Shown piece by piece: positions 15,017-24,893 of a DNA stretch of 50,055 nucleotides. This DNA is from a virus (taxonomy: Duplodnaviria; Caudoviricetes), in IMG/VR virus record IMGVR_UViG_3300037474_000056, positions 1 through 50,055 of that record; one strand, given 5' to 3'. The notes under the pieces were generated by a model. That model was not told where the DNA came from, made no database searches, and was given only the letters and a program-made list of their open reading frames with translations. The position numbers and the translations under genes were made by a program. Each line of letters begins with the position of its first letter. Position 1 is the first letter of the stretch.

Positions 15017-16357
15017 GTGGCGAGCATCTCGGCCACGATCGGCCGACCCGGCGCTGTCGTCCTCGCCGTAGCCGCGTTGGCGGTCGCGGCGGTCACCGTC
15101 CCTGTCGTCACCGGCGGCGGGTCCGGCGGGTCTGACACGGCGAACATCTGGGTTGAGCTCGGCGCCGGCACCTGCACGGGCGGCAGCTCAAGCACGCCGA
15201 TCACGTATGCGGCGTCAGCGAGTCCCGACCGGCGTTGCGGCACACTCGACCAGGCCAACGACGCCATGAACAGCGGCGACCTGGCGTGCATCCGGCCCGG
15301 TACCTACCCGGGGCAGCTGGTCACCGGCAATAAGACGTCGGAGACGACGTTCCGTGGCTGCGAGGACGGGGTCACGTTCACCGAGCCGTACGCCGACCCG
15401 CTCAACAACTGCCCGGCGGCGCCGGGGGTCGATGCGTTCCAGACCGGCATCCTCTGTGTCACCGCGAACTTCTTCACATTGGAGAACGTCACAATCGACC
15501 AGGAAGACCTGATCCGGGAAGCGACCGGGATCGGGCAGGCCAACGGGGCGGACATCACGTTCCGGGACGTCAACTTCCACGGCGAACGCCCCAGCTTTCA
15601 GGCGCAGGGCGACCGGTTCCACTGGGACGGCGGCGAGATCGGCGAATCCGGCCAGCCCGCCGGGCAGCGGTGGTGCGGTGACGGCAACCCGATGACGTTG
15701 AACGGTGACGACACGGTCATCGAGAACCTCACCATTTGGCCGCAGGGGTCCGATCAGACCCCGTACACGTCGAATCCGTGCGGCAGCGCGCAGAGCAGCA
15801 ACGGGTTCCATTTGGAGAACATCCGGGTGGAGGGCGCCGCAGGCGTCATCATCCGCAACAACGAGTTCAAGGCCGGCTCCGAAGCGGGGTCCGGGCACAT
15901 CTTCTTCACCGGCGCCGCAACGACCGGGGCGGTGATGGAGGGCAACTACTTCGGCGCGAACTCTGACGGGGCGAGCGCCGCTCAGAACTCCAGCAACATG
16001 ACGAGCGGGTGCGGGTCGTTCACATGGCGCTACAACACGTTCGAGCAGCCGTTCCTGCCGTCCGCGCCGTGTGACACCAACGGCACCTGGACCGGGAACG
16101 CTGGGGCGTATCACTGCGGCGGCACGCACAGCAAGAACGTCTGGTTCGGGTCCTCGTCCTGCTCGGGGGATACGACCGTGTCCGGGGCGTTCAGCAACCT
16201 TGGTCTGACCTCGTCCGGCCGACCACAGTCCGGGAGCGCCGTGATCAACGCCGGGGAAGCCACCTGCGCCACCGTGTCGCCGGATCATGACGGCACGGCG
16301 CGTCCCACCGGGGGCTCGAACTGTGACGCGGGCGCGTTCGAGTACGCGGGCGGCTAG
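15017..16357 (+). CDS. Exported/membrane-anchored parallel beta-helix protein (pectate-lyase-like)
   Basis: N-terminal hydrophobic helix; TLENVTI/VIENLTI/IIRNNEF repeats; C-terminal GSAVINAG...DGTARP...DAGAFEY (choice-of-anchor-Q-like). Confidence 0.75.
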   Translation: MASISATIGRPGAVVLAVAALAVAAVTVPVVTGGGSGGSDTANIWVELGAGTCTGGSSSTPITYAASASPDRRCGTLDQANDAMNSGDLACIRPGTYPGQLVTGNKTSETTFRGCEDGVTFTEPYADPLNNCPAAPGVDAFQTGILCVTANFFTLENVTIDQEDLIREATGIGQANGADITFRDVNFHGERPSFQAQGDRFHWDGGEIGESGQPAGQRWCGDGNPMTLNGDDTVIENLTIWPQGSDQTPYTSNPCGSAQSSNGFHLENIRVEGAAGVIIRNNEFKAGSEAGSGHIFFTGAATTGAVMEGNYFGANSDGASAAQNSSNMTSGCGSFTWRYNTFEQPFLPSAPCDTNGTWTGNAGAYHCGGTHSKNVWFGSSSCSGDTTVSGAFSNLGLTSSGRPQSGSAVINAGEATCATVSPDHDGTARPTGGSNCDAGAFEYAGG

Positions 16358-16551
16358 CCCGGCTGTATCTCACCGCGCCGGAGCGGTGTCTCATGCCCGC
16401 TCGAGCACCGGACCATCGGCGGCTCGTCGGCGTAGATCGCGTCGTAGACCTGTTTGCGGGTCGGCCGGATGTCAGACCCGCACCAGCACACGAACATTGG
16501 CGCAGGACGCGCGACCTGGTGCTGCCGCCGCCGAGAACGATGTCTGAGCAT
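16354..16551 (-). CDS. Possible small Zn-ribbon protein
   Basis: CWCG...CSSGH; fills the intergenic gap on the opposite strand. Confidence 0.35.
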   Translation of the reverse strand: MLRHRSRRRQHQVARPAPMFVCWCGSDIRPTRKQVYDAIYADEPPMVRCSSGHETPLRRGEIQPG

Positions 16552-16611
16552 GCCAGGACGCTACCCACCAGCCCGCGTCCCGTGTCCTGCCCGAACGGCT
16601 AGGAGCTGCAG

Positions 16612-17907
16612 ATGGCTTACCGGTTCGCGCCGGCATCGAGCGCTTACATCGAGATCTCCCCAGGGCCGTTCGTCGGATACGCGATGCGAGCCGCCGGCGC
16701 CCCATGGTCGTGCTACGCGCTAATCAACCGCAACGGCCTCGCAACCTGGCAGGGCATCGTCACGATCAACGACGGCGCCGGCACCCCGGCCGCCTACTAC
16801 CACTTCCTCGAGTTCAGCCCGGGCAACAACCTCGTCGGCGACGATTCGGTGTTCGCGTCATGGACTAGCACCGAAACGTTCACCAGCACCACCGAGGACA
16901 CGATCCTCGGCATGGCGTTCGCCGGCACTGACAATGTTGTCAACAACGCCCGCTACGACTTCAAAAAGGGCGCCGCTGCGTGGGGGTCGGAGAACGAAAC
17001 GATCGACCTCGGCGGCAACGGCACCACCGTCGGGTCCGGGTACCGCATCCGGATCGGCAACAACCACGACCTCGGCGACGACGGCGACTTCGACCTTGTT
17101 TGCCTCGGCCTGATCAAGAGCCAGCTCAGCCAAGGCACCGTCCAGTCACTGTCGCAGAGCTCGTTCTCGGCGTGGCAGTCCGTGTTCACGGGCACCGGCG
17201 CGATCCTGCTGCGCTTCGACGACATCGCCGCACGCAACGACGTCAACGGCAACGGCGCCAACGAAACCGCCCGCAGCGCCAGCGGCATCACCGTCGTCGC
17301 TGACCCATCCGGATTCTTCGGCGGCACCGGCGCGACCGTCACCAACGTGCCCGCCGACGGCACCGGCGCGTTCCCCGCCCCGTCGCTTAGCACCGGCAGC
17401 ACGGTCACCACCCCCGCCGCGGACGCCACCGGCGACTTCCCCGACGACATGCCCCTGTCGGTCAGCGTCACGACCGACCCCGCCGACGCACTAGGCGACT
17501 TCCCGATCCCCGCCGTCTCCGGCACCGGCGACGCCACCGTAACCACACCACCCGCCGACGGGCTAGGCGACTTCCCTGTCCCGGCGTTCGCTACCGGCTC
17601 GAGCGTCACCACGCCGGCCGCCGACGCAACCGGCGACCTACCCAACCCAGCGTTCCAAACAGGCGCGACCGTCACCAACATCCCCGCCGACGCTGCCGGG
17701 GACTTCCCGGTACCCACCCAGGTAGGCGCCCCCGTCGTCCGCGTCCGCACCGGCAACCGCACCACCGGCGCAACCGAAGTCACCGCCCGCCAAACGGGCG
17801 CCAACGAACCCGCCCACACCACCGGGGCCGCAGAACCCGCCCACACGACCGGCGCCGAAGCCGTCCTCAACACCACCGGCGCCGCAGAAGTCGCCCTCGT
17901 CGCCTAG
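16612..17907 (+). CDS. Fibre-like virion protein: lectin/LamG-like N-terminus plus Thr/Pro-rich repeats
   Basis: AGGAG RBS; beta-sandwich-like N-terminus; six VTxxxADxxGxFP repeats and five TTGAxE repeats. Confidence 0.65.
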   Translation: MAYRFAPASSAYIEISPGPFVGYAMRAAGAPWSCYALINRNGLATWQGIVTINDGAGTPAAYYHFLEFSPGNNLVGDDSVFASWTSTETFTSTTEDTILGMAFAGTDNVVNNARYDFKKGAAAWGSENETIDLGGNGTTVGSGYRIRIGNNHDLGDDGDFDLVCLGLIKSQLSQGTVQSLSQSSFSAWQSVFTGTGAILLRFDDIAARNDVNGNGANETARSASGITVVADPSGFFGGTGATVTNVPADGTGAFPAPSLSTGSTVTTPAADATGDFPDDMPLSVSVTTDPADALGDFPIPAVSGTGDATVTTPPADGLGDFPVPAFATGSSVTTPAADATGDLPNPAFQTGATVTNIPADAAGDFPVPTQVGAPVVRVRTGNRTTGATEVTARQTGANEPAHTTGAAEPAHTTGAEAVLNTTGAAEVALVA

Positions 17908-17916
17908 GAGAACCGC

Positions 17917-18258
17917 ATGGCGTTCAAGATCAAAAACGGGGACACCGCCCCCGCCTACGTGGTCGACCTCCAAGACGACGTCGACACCACCCCCGCCGCC
18001 ATCAACCTCACCAGCGCCACCAGCGTCACATTGAAGATGCGCGAACACGGCACCACCGGCGCCCCCGTCCTCGACGAACCCATGACCATCACCACCGCCG
18101 CCAGCGGCCGGTGCACCTACGAATGGCAGACCGGGGACACCGACAACACCGGAACCTACGACGTCGAATTCGAAATCCTCTGGAACGACGGCACCATCGA
18201 AACCGTCCCCAACGACGGCTACCTCACCGTCGAAATCACCGACGACCTCGACGACTGA
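17917..18258 (+). CDS. BppU N-terminal-like virion adaptor protein
   Basis: IKNGDTAP...INLT...G.CTYEW...DT..TGTYDVEFEI.W.DG.IETVP. Confidence 0.7.
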   Translation: MAFKIKNGDTAPAYVVDLQDDVDTTPAAINLTSATSVTLKMREHGTTGAPVLDEPMTITTAASGRCTYEWQTGDTDNTGTYDVEFEILWNDGTIETVPNDGYLTVEITDDLDD

Positions 18259-18416
18259 TGCCCCGCACCCCCAAACCCGACAAGCCAGCCAAGAAGGGCA
18301 AGACCACCAGGCCCGCTCCCGTCCGTGTAGCCACCCCCCGCCCCAACCCCGCCGTCACCCCCAGCCACCAACAGCCCAGCGCACCCACCAACCCCGCACC
18401 CCAACGCTGGACATGA
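18258..18416 (+). CDS. Small basic Pro-rich protein
   Basis: TGATG coupling to the previous gene. Confidence 0.4.
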   Translation: MPRTPKPDKPAKKGKTTRPAPVRVATPRPNPAVTPSHQQPSAPTNPAPQRWT

Positions 18417-18419
18417 CCC

Positions 18420-18731
18420 ATGCCAACCCGCCTATGCATCGATAGGTGCGGACAGCCAGCCGTCTACCGGGGCCGCTGCCAGGAATGCGCCGCAGCCAGG
18501 GAAGCAGCCACCCACAGCAACAAGGCGTTCTACAACTCGCGCGCCTGGCAGATGCTCAGACGGCGCGTGCTCTACGAGCAGCCCATCTGCCAGCACTGCG
18601 ACAACGCCCTCGCCGTGGACGTAGACCACATCGTCCCGATTGAACAAGGCGGACAGCGCCTAACCCGAGCGAACTGCCAAGCGCTTTGCAAGCGCTGCCA
18701 CTCCCAGAAGACCCGACGGGAACGCAGCTAA
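18420..18731 (+). CDS. Terminase-associated HNH endonuclease (HK97 gp74-like)
   Basis: FYNSRAW..LR..VL..QPICQHC...VDHIVP....G.....NCQALCKRCH..KT. Confidence 0.9.
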   Translation: MPTRLCIDRCGQPAVYRGRCQECAAAREAATHSNKAFYNSRAWQMLRRRVLYEQPICQHCDNALAVDVDHIVPIEQGGQRLTRANCQALCKRCHSQKTRRERS

Positions 18732-18757
18732 GCCACCACCACAGGAGGACGGCCCCA

Positions 18758-19006
18758 ATGGCCACACGCACCCTCACCACCACGGTCACAGGCGACTACG
18801 ACAAGCTCGTCGCCAGCCTCGCCGCAGCCACCAAGGCCAGCCACGAGGCGTGGCAAGCACTCACCCAGGCCGAGGAACGCAACGCGCAGGCAGGCCAAGA
18901 ACTCAACAAGGCCCGCGCCGCACTCCGCGACTACGACAACCAGCGCGTCGCCGAACTCCTCGAGGCGGAGCCAGACCTCGAGCACCTCCACGACGAGGTC
19001 AGCTGA
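18758..19006 (+). CDS. Coiled-coil hypothetical protein
   Basis: AGGAGG RBS. Confidence 0.65.
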   Translation: MATRTLTTTVTGDYDKLVASLAAATKASHEAWQALTQAEERNAQAGQELNKARAALRDYDNQRVAELLEAEPDLEHLHDEVS

Positions 19007-19100
19007 ACCGCACGGGGGGAGGGGAGGGTCGCCACCACGACCCGCAAAGACAGAAGACCGCCGGGTGGCTCAGCGTATATGGGGCTGATTTTTCTAGGAG
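19007..19100. other. Putative cos/packaging region
   Basis: Non-coding gap between HNH and TerS containing GGGGGGAGGGGAGGG; the + strand switches abruptly from C-rich to G-rich here. Confidence 0.55.
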
Positions 19101-19310
19101 GTGATCGCAGTGGACAAGACGCCTGACATGACGCAGGACGAGATGGTGGAGGTGTTGAAGGCGATCATCCGGGATGGGAAGAACGGTGCTGCCAGGATCG
19201 CGGCGATCAAGGAGTTGCGGGCGATCCAGGGCGGGGAGAAGAAGCAGACGTCTGGGTTCGAGGCGCTGGACGGCGAGTCGGTGCCGTCGCGCCGGTTGAA
19301 GGCGGTCTAG
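19101..19310 (+). CDS. Putative terminase small subunit
   Basis: AGGAGG RBS; directly upstream of TerL; short and helical. Confidence 0.6.
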   Translation: MIAVDKTPDMTQDEMVEVLKAIIRDGKNGAARIAAIKELRAIQGGEKKQTSGFEALDGESVPSRRLKAV

Positions 19311-20789
19311 GTGGGGCTGGAGCCGTTCACGCTCGAGCACTTCGTGGAGTACGCGAAACTGCTGGTGTACGACGACGGTTCGCAGCGTGAGCCGGAGGAT
19401 TGGCAGAAGGGGCTTGCGGCCGACTTGTTCGCTCGGGGGCCGGATGGGCTGCCGTTGTTCAAGCGGAACTTGTGGATCGTGCCGGAGGGGAACGGCAAGA
19501 CTACGTTCGTCGGGATGCTCGCTTTGTACGGGGCGGATTACACGCCGTCGCCGTGGATTCCGGTTGGTGCCGCGGCGGCGAAGCAGGCGAAGATCATGTA
19601 CCAGCAGGCCGCGGGGTTCGTGACCAGGACGCCTGGAATGTCGGAGCGGTTCGAGTGTCTGGACGGGATCAAGCTGATCCGGTCGCTTCGGAATCCAGGA
19701 CCGGGCATCGAGATTTACGCGCATGACCCGAAAACGGGTGACGGAGTGATCCCGGCGCCGTACGCGCTGGTCGACGAGCTGCACCGCCACCCGGACATGC
19801 GGTTGTGGAGCCTGTGGGGCGGCAAGCTCCGCAAGCGGCAGGCGCAGATCGTCGGGATCTCGACCGGGGGGGAGCCGGACACGCCGTTTGAGGACATGCG
19901 CGACGCGATCCGTCGGCGCGCGACCGACAAGCAGTACGACGGCGCCTATCTGCGGGCCGCGGCGAAGGGCGAGGTGCTCCACGAGTGGATGGTCCTGAAG
20001 GACGAGGACTGTTCGGACATGGCGGCGGTGAAGGCTGCGAACCCTCTGTCGACGATCACTGAAGCGACGCTCGAGGAGGACTTCGGGCTCTACGACGACC
20101 TCGGGGATTGGAAGCGGCTGAAGTGCAACCGTCCGACGCGCAGCCACAAGTCGGCGGTCACGGACAAGGAATGGGATGACGCGGAGACCCGCGAGCGCAT
20201 CCCGGCCGGCGCTGCGGTAGACGTCGGCCTGGATATCGCGTTCAAGTGGGACACGACGGCGGCGGTCCCGTTGTGGCGCGGCCCGAAGTTCCGGCTGTTG
20301 GGGGAGGCCAAGATCCTTGTTCCCCCGCGGGACGGGTCGTCGATGCATCCGGACGTGATCAAGGACGCGATGCTTGAGCTCACCACGGACTACAGGGTCG
20401 AGACGGTCGTGATGGACATGGAGCGCGCGGCCGACATCGCTTCGTGGATCGAGGATGAACTGGGGATCACGGTCATTGACCGGGCGCAGGGCAACAAGGA
20501 CGCCGTCGCTGATTACAACGCCTTCATGGACGGCCTGCGGAACAGCACCGTCAAGCACACGGGCGACCCGGGACTGCGGTCGCACGTACTGCATGCGGTC
20601 GCGCGGAAGCTGCCGGGCGGCGATTTCCGGTTTGACAGGCATTCCACGGTCCGGCAGAACGCCCGGGCGCAGGATCGGCGCGTGATTGACGCGTTGACGG
20701 CCGCCGCGATGGTGGTCGAGCACTCGACGAGCGCTCCTCCGCGCAAATCGGTGTACGCCGAACGGCGCGAGCTGTTCGCAAGCTACTGA
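19311..20789 (+). CDS. terL: Terminase large subunit
   Basis: Walker A PEGNGKTT, Walker B ALVDELH, GIST, nuclease GLDIA..WD and IDALTA. Confidence 0.93.
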   Translation: MGLEPFTLEHFVEYAKLLVYDDGSQREPEDWQKGLAADLFARGPDGLPLFKRNLWIVPEGNGKTTFVGMLALYGADYTPSPWIPVGAAAAKQAKIMYQQAAGFVTRTPGMSERFECLDGIKLIRSLRNPGPGIEIYAHDPKTGDGVIPAPYALVDELHRHPDMRLWSLWGGKLRKRQAQIVGISTGGEPDTPFEDMRDAIRRRATDKQYDGAYLRAAAKGEVLHEWMVLKDEDCSDMAAVKAANPLSTITEATLEEDFGLYDDLGDWKRLKCNRPTRSHKSAVTDKEWDDAETRERIPAGAAVDVGLDIAFKWDTTAAVPLWRGPKFRLLGEAKILVPPRDGSSMHPDVIKDAMLELTTDYRVETVVMDMERAADIASWIEDELGITVIDRAQGNKDAVADYNAFMDGLRNSTVKHTGDPGLRSHVLHAVARKLPGGDFRFDRHSTVRQNARAQDRRVIDALTAAAMVVEHSTSAPPRKSVYAERRELFASY

Positions 20790-20799
20790 GGGGGTCAGC

Positions 20800-22728
20800 A
20801 TGGGGTGGAACCCCTTCAGAAGGAGCGAAAAGGCGCTCACGGCCACCCCTGCGGTGCTCGAAAGCGTCCGTGACGGTTGGTCCCCGTACCCGCTGCTGGG
20901 CGGCGGTGCCCGTCAGCGCATCCTTGACACGTACAACACCGCCAAGAGCGCGAACTACCAGTGGATGTACCGGCAGTCCCCCGCCGTCCGCGTGGTGATC
21001 GACTGCCTGGTCCGCAACATCGGGCAGCTCGACCTCCGGCTGTACGAGGAGATCAGCGAAGCCGAACGTGAGCCGCGCCCCGACCACCCGGCCGCCCTGT
21101 CGCTCAGGTACCCGAACGAGACGACGACCGGCGCGAAGTTCCGCCGGTCGCTGTTCAAGGACTTCCTGATCAACGATGACGCGTTCTCGCTGATGCTTCC
21201 CGCGTCCGGGAACCAGCTGGTATTCCAGTGGGTGCCGACTCACCGGGTCGAGATCCGCGGGTCGAGCATGTGGACGGCGGAGGGGTACCGGGTGTGGCGG
21301 CGTGACGGCACGTTCGTCGACTTCGACCCGGACCAGATCCTTCACTGGCACGGCGAGAACCCCGACGACCCGCGCACCGGCCTCTCCCACCTGGAAACGC
21401 TCCGTGACGTGATCGCGGAGGACGCCGCGTTGCAGCAGGCGATCGTGGAACTCGCGAACTCTGGGATGACCGAGCCCGCCTGGGTGTTCCGACCCGGGGA
21501 CGCGCCGCAGTGGGATAACGACGACCGGAAAGGGTTCGAGCAGGACCTCACGAACCGGCTCAGGCGCCGCAACCGCACTCCGGTGGTGCTCGAGGAGGGC
21601 ATGGAGATGCGGTCGTTCGGCGTGTCGCCGAAGGACGCGGAGATGATGGAGGTCCGCCGGTGGGCGATCAGCCAGATCGCCCGCGAATACGGCGTCCCCT
21701 TGGGGATGGTCGGACTGGCCGATGACGTTGAACAGGCCCGCAGCCAGTTCTACGCGGACACGCTCCCACCGTATTGCGAGGACTTCACCACCACCCTGAA
21801 TCAGCGGGTGCTGGTCCGGGCGTACAACTGGACGGACGGGTGCTTCGAGTTCAACCTCGACGAGAAGCACATGGGCGACGACCGGCTCAAGGCGCTCGTC
21901 AGCGCTACGGGCCGGCCGGTGATGCTGACCAACGAGGCCCGCGCGAAGATCAACCTTCCGCCGGTCGACGGCGGCGACGAGCTCGTGACGCCGCAGAACG
22001 TGACGGTCGGTGAGAAGCCGTCCGTGGACGTCATGCCTGTCCAGGACCCCAACAAGCCGGAGCAGGACGGCTCCTACCGCACTGAGCAGCCGAAGGCGCT
22101 CACCAAAGCGGAGGAGTTCGAGCCGCTTCCGCAGCTTCACCCCGGTCGTAAGGGGGACCTGGACCGTCAGCACCGCAACATTGACCTTGCGCAGGCCGCG
22201 GTTGAGCGGCATTTCACCCGGTTGCACCGGGCGCTCCGGGCGGATGAGCGCCGCAAGTCGGCGACGGACTGGTCCAGGTGGGATCAGGAGTTCACGAAGG
22301 ACATAAACCGGGTCGTTGAGGACATCGTCGAGCGTGAGGGCACGATCTACGCGTTCAAGCTCGGCGGCACGTTCGACATGGGCCGTGTCACGAAGTACCT
22401 GCAGGCCATGTCCGAGGGTGTCGCGGAAGGCATCAACGGCACGATCCGCGACGAAATCACCGAGCTCGGGTTGGATGGGGCGTTGGCGCGGCGCGCGCAG
22501 CACGTCGAGTCCGCCGGTGCCGGTCTCGGCGCCGGCGCCACCCGGTGGGCGAGGGAGGAAGCGGCCCGCCAGTCCCCCGGGACCGAAAACCGGGTGAAGA
22601 CGTGGATTCCTCACACCAAACGGCACGCCCAGTTCGGCGGGCAGACGGTCCCTTTGGGCGCTGACTGGCCGGCCGGGTTCGCGCCGGGTTCCGCTCCCGG
22701 GTGCCGTTGCACCCAAGCGATCGACTGA
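20800..22728 (+). CDS. HK97-type portal protein fused to a MuF-like C-terminal domain
   Basis: GLSHL, VLEEGM, IAREYGVP, TNEARAKINLPP..GGD; C-terminal KTW...RH....GQTVP....GCRC. Confidence 0.9.
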   Translation: MGWNPFRRSEKALTATPAVLESVRDGWSPYPLLGGGARQRILDTYNTAKSANYQWMYRQSPAVRVVIDCLVRNIGQLDLRLYEEISEAEREPRPDHPAALSLRYPNETTTGAKFRRSLFKDFLINDDAFSLMLPASGNQLVFQWVPTHRVEIRGSSMWTAEGYRVWRRDGTFVDFDPDQILHWHGENPDDPRTGLSHLETLRDVIAEDAALQQAIVELANSGMTEPAWVFRPGDAPQWDNDDRKGFEQDLTNRLRRRNRTPVVLEEGMEMRSFGVSPKDAEMMEVRRWAISQIAREYGVPLGMVGLADDVEQARSQFYADTLPPYCEDFTTTLNQRVLVRAYNWTDGCFEFNLDEKHMGDDRLKALVSATGRPVMLTNEARAKINLPPVDGGDELVTPQNVTVGEKPSVDVMPVQDPNKPEQDGSYRTEQPKALTKAEEFEPLPQLHPGRKGDLDRQHRNIDLAQAAVERHFTRLHRALRADERRKSATDWSRWDQEFTKDINRVVEDIVEREGTIYAFKLGGTFDMGRVTKYLQAMSEGVAEGINGTIRDEITELGLDGALARRAQHVESAGAGLGAGATRWAREEAARQSPGTENRVKTWIPHTKRHAQFGGQTVPLGADWPAGFAPGSAPGCRCTQAID

Positions 22729-22758
22729 TCGTTACCTAGCCGCCTGAAAGGAAGGCAA

Positions 22759-23535
22759 ATGGAGCATCTTCTGCTCAAGGCGGCCACGACCGCCACGGAT
22801 CAGGGCACCTTCACGGCGGTCATCAGCACCGCCTCGGTGGACCGTGCCAAGGACATCATCGAGCCCGCGGCGATGGTTGCGTCGCTGGCGAAGTGGGCGG
22901 CGCTCGGCAAGCTCGTTCCGCTCGCGTGGAACCACACTGACGAGGTCGTCGGCCACATCGACCCTTCCACCGCGGAGATCGTCAACGGCGAGGTCGTCGC
23001 GAAGGGCTACGTCGACCATGAGCCGCGCCCTGAGCAGCCGGACTACCACGGGCCGCAGGCGTGGAGGCTTGTCAAAAGCGGCACGCTCAGCTTCAGCTTC
23101 GGGTTCCTGTTCGACCCGAACAAGGACGTGACGAAGCTCGCGAACGGCCGGTACCGCGTCAAGAACCTCGACGTGTTCGAGATCAGCGTGATCCCCGTCG
23201 GCCCGGCGAACAACGACACCCGCGTCCTGTCGTGGAAGTCCGCCGAGGACCGCGACAACGTCATCCAACAGCTTCAGGACGTCACGGACCGCCTCGAGAA
23301 GCTCGAGAAGGCCCTAAAGGACGTCCAGGAGGCGGGCACCGCGACCCAGGAGCCTCCGGCTCGCGTCGCTGACCCGCTCGCAACGAAGGCCCGCGCAGTC
23401 GTCATGGACTTGCTGGCCGAAGGATCAAAGCCACCCGCAAGGGTCACCCAGGAGCAGCCGCCAGGGCCGGACATTGAGCCGGAGGAGCTGAAGCGCCGCT
23501 CGCGTGACCTCATCGTGTCCCTACTTAGCGATTGA
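22759..23535 (+). CDS. HK97-type prohead protease
   Basis: VDRAKDII, PLAWNH, SFSFGF, EISVIPVGPAN. Confidence 0.9.
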   Translation: MEHLLLKAATTATDQGTFTAVISTASVDRAKDIIEPAAMVASLAKWAALGKLVPLAWNHTDEVVGHIDPSTAEIVNGEVVAKGYVDHEPRPEQPDYHGPQAWRLVKSGTLSFSFGFLFDPNKDVTKLANGRYRVKNLDVFEISVIPVGPANNDTRVLSWKSAEDRDNVIQQLQDVTDRLEKLEKALKDVQEAGTATQEPPARVADPLATKARAVVMDLLAEGSKPPARVTQEQPPGPDIEPEELKRRSRDLIVSLLSD

Positions 23536-23544
23536 GGTAACGAG

Positions 23545-24879
23545 ATGAACCGCTACGAGCGGCAGATCAAGGGCATCGAGGAGGCCCAGTTCAAGCACGC
23601 CAAGTCCATCGAGGACATGTACGAGCTTGAGCGCAAGGAGGACCGCGCCCTCACCGAGGACGAGCGCAACGAGGTCCAGGAGCACGTCAAGGCGATCGAG
23701 ACCCTCAAGGTCGAGAAGAAGGAAGCCGAGGCCAACCTCAAGACCCTCCAGGAGGCCGAGGACCTCGGCCGCAAGCTCGGCCCCGCGGTCAGCAACCTCG
23801 ACCGCATCCAGGTCGGCGCCGACCGGCAGGAGCAGCACGTCCACAACATCGTCGCCAAGAGCCTCGGCGAGCAGTTCACCGACAGCCAGGCGTACAAGAG
23901 CGCGGTCAACCAGTACCGCGAGGCCGGCGGCCGGTTCCAGCAGGGCTTCAGCACCGGCGCGATCGCGCTCGAAGCGAAGGGCACCCTCATGGAGGGCGCC
24001 GGCGGCGGCGGTGGCCCGCTTGCCGCACCGGTCCCGCAGGTCATCCCCGGTGTCGTGGAGAAGCTGTTCCAGCCGCTCACGTTCGCCGACCTGCTGCTGT
24101 CCGGGCAGGCGTCCACGAACAGCCTCCGGTACGTCGTGGAAGGCACCGCGACCAGCGGCGCCGCAGGCGTGGCTGAGGGCGGTTCGAAGCCCCAGTCGAC
24201 CCTCGGTCTGACGACCACGGACGAGCCGATCAAGAAGATCGCGACCTCGCTGAAGATCTCCGACGAGATGCTCGAGGACGCCCCGGCCGTCCAGTCCTAC
24301 ATCAACGGGCGGCTCACGCTGTTCGTCCGGATCGAGGAGGAGCGCCAGCTCATCCGCGGCACCTCGGGCGGCAACGAGGTCCAGGGTCTCCTCACGTCCC
24401 GGTCGGTTCCGGTGTACGCGGGCGGCACCGCCGCCGGCAACCGCGCCGTCCAGCTGTTCAAGGCCATGAACGGCCTGCGCGGCTCCGCGTTCCTGGAGCC
24501 CGAGTGGATCGTGATGCACCCGACCGACTGGGAGGCCGTGCGGCTGCTCACCGACACCGCCGGCCAGTTCTACGGCGGCGGCCCCCTCCAGGGCCAGTAC
24601 GGCAACGCGGGCATGGTCGGCGCGTCCGGCCAGATCAACGGCGCCCAGGACTACATCTGGAACAAGCCGACCTACGTCACCGGCATCGTCGGCGCCGGCA
24701 CCGCCATCGTCGGCACCCGCTCCAGCGCGCAGGTCTGGCGCAAGGGCGGCATGTCCGTCGAGGCGACCAACAGCAACGAGGATGACTTCCTCAAGAACCT
24801 CCTCGCGATCCGCGCGGAGGAGCGTCTCGGCCTGGCCGTGTACCGGCCGACCGGGTTCGTCGAGGTTCGTCTCGCCTAG
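23545..24879 (+). CDS. Major capsid protein (HK97 fold)
   Basis: Coiled-coil delta domain; VAEGGSKP, KIA..LKISDEMLED, WIVMHPTDW, IRAEERLG..V.RP..F. Confidence 0.95.
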   Translation: MNRYERQIKGIEEAQFKHAKSIEDMYELERKEDRALTEDERNEVQEHVKAIETLKVEKKEAEANLKTLQEAEDLGRKLGPAVSNLDRIQVGADRQEQHVHNIVAKSLGEQFTDSQAYKSAVNQYREAGGRFQQGFSTGAIALEAKGTLMEGAGGGGGPLAAPVPQVIPGVVEKLFQPLTFADLLLSGQASTNSLRYVVEGTATSGAAGVAEGGSKPQSTLGLTTTDEPIKKIATSLKISDEMLEDAPAVQSYINGRLTLFVRIEEERQLIRGTSGGNEVQGLLTSRSVPVYAGGTAAGNRAVQLFKAMNGLRGSAFLEPEWIVMHPTDWEAVRLLTDTAGQFYGGGPLQGQYGNAGMVGASGQINGAQDYIWNKPTYVTGIVGAGTAIVGTRSSAQVWRKGGMSVEATNSNEDDFLKNLLAIRAEERLGLAVYRPTGFVEVRLA

Positions 24880-24893
24880 GCACGACTCAATGG

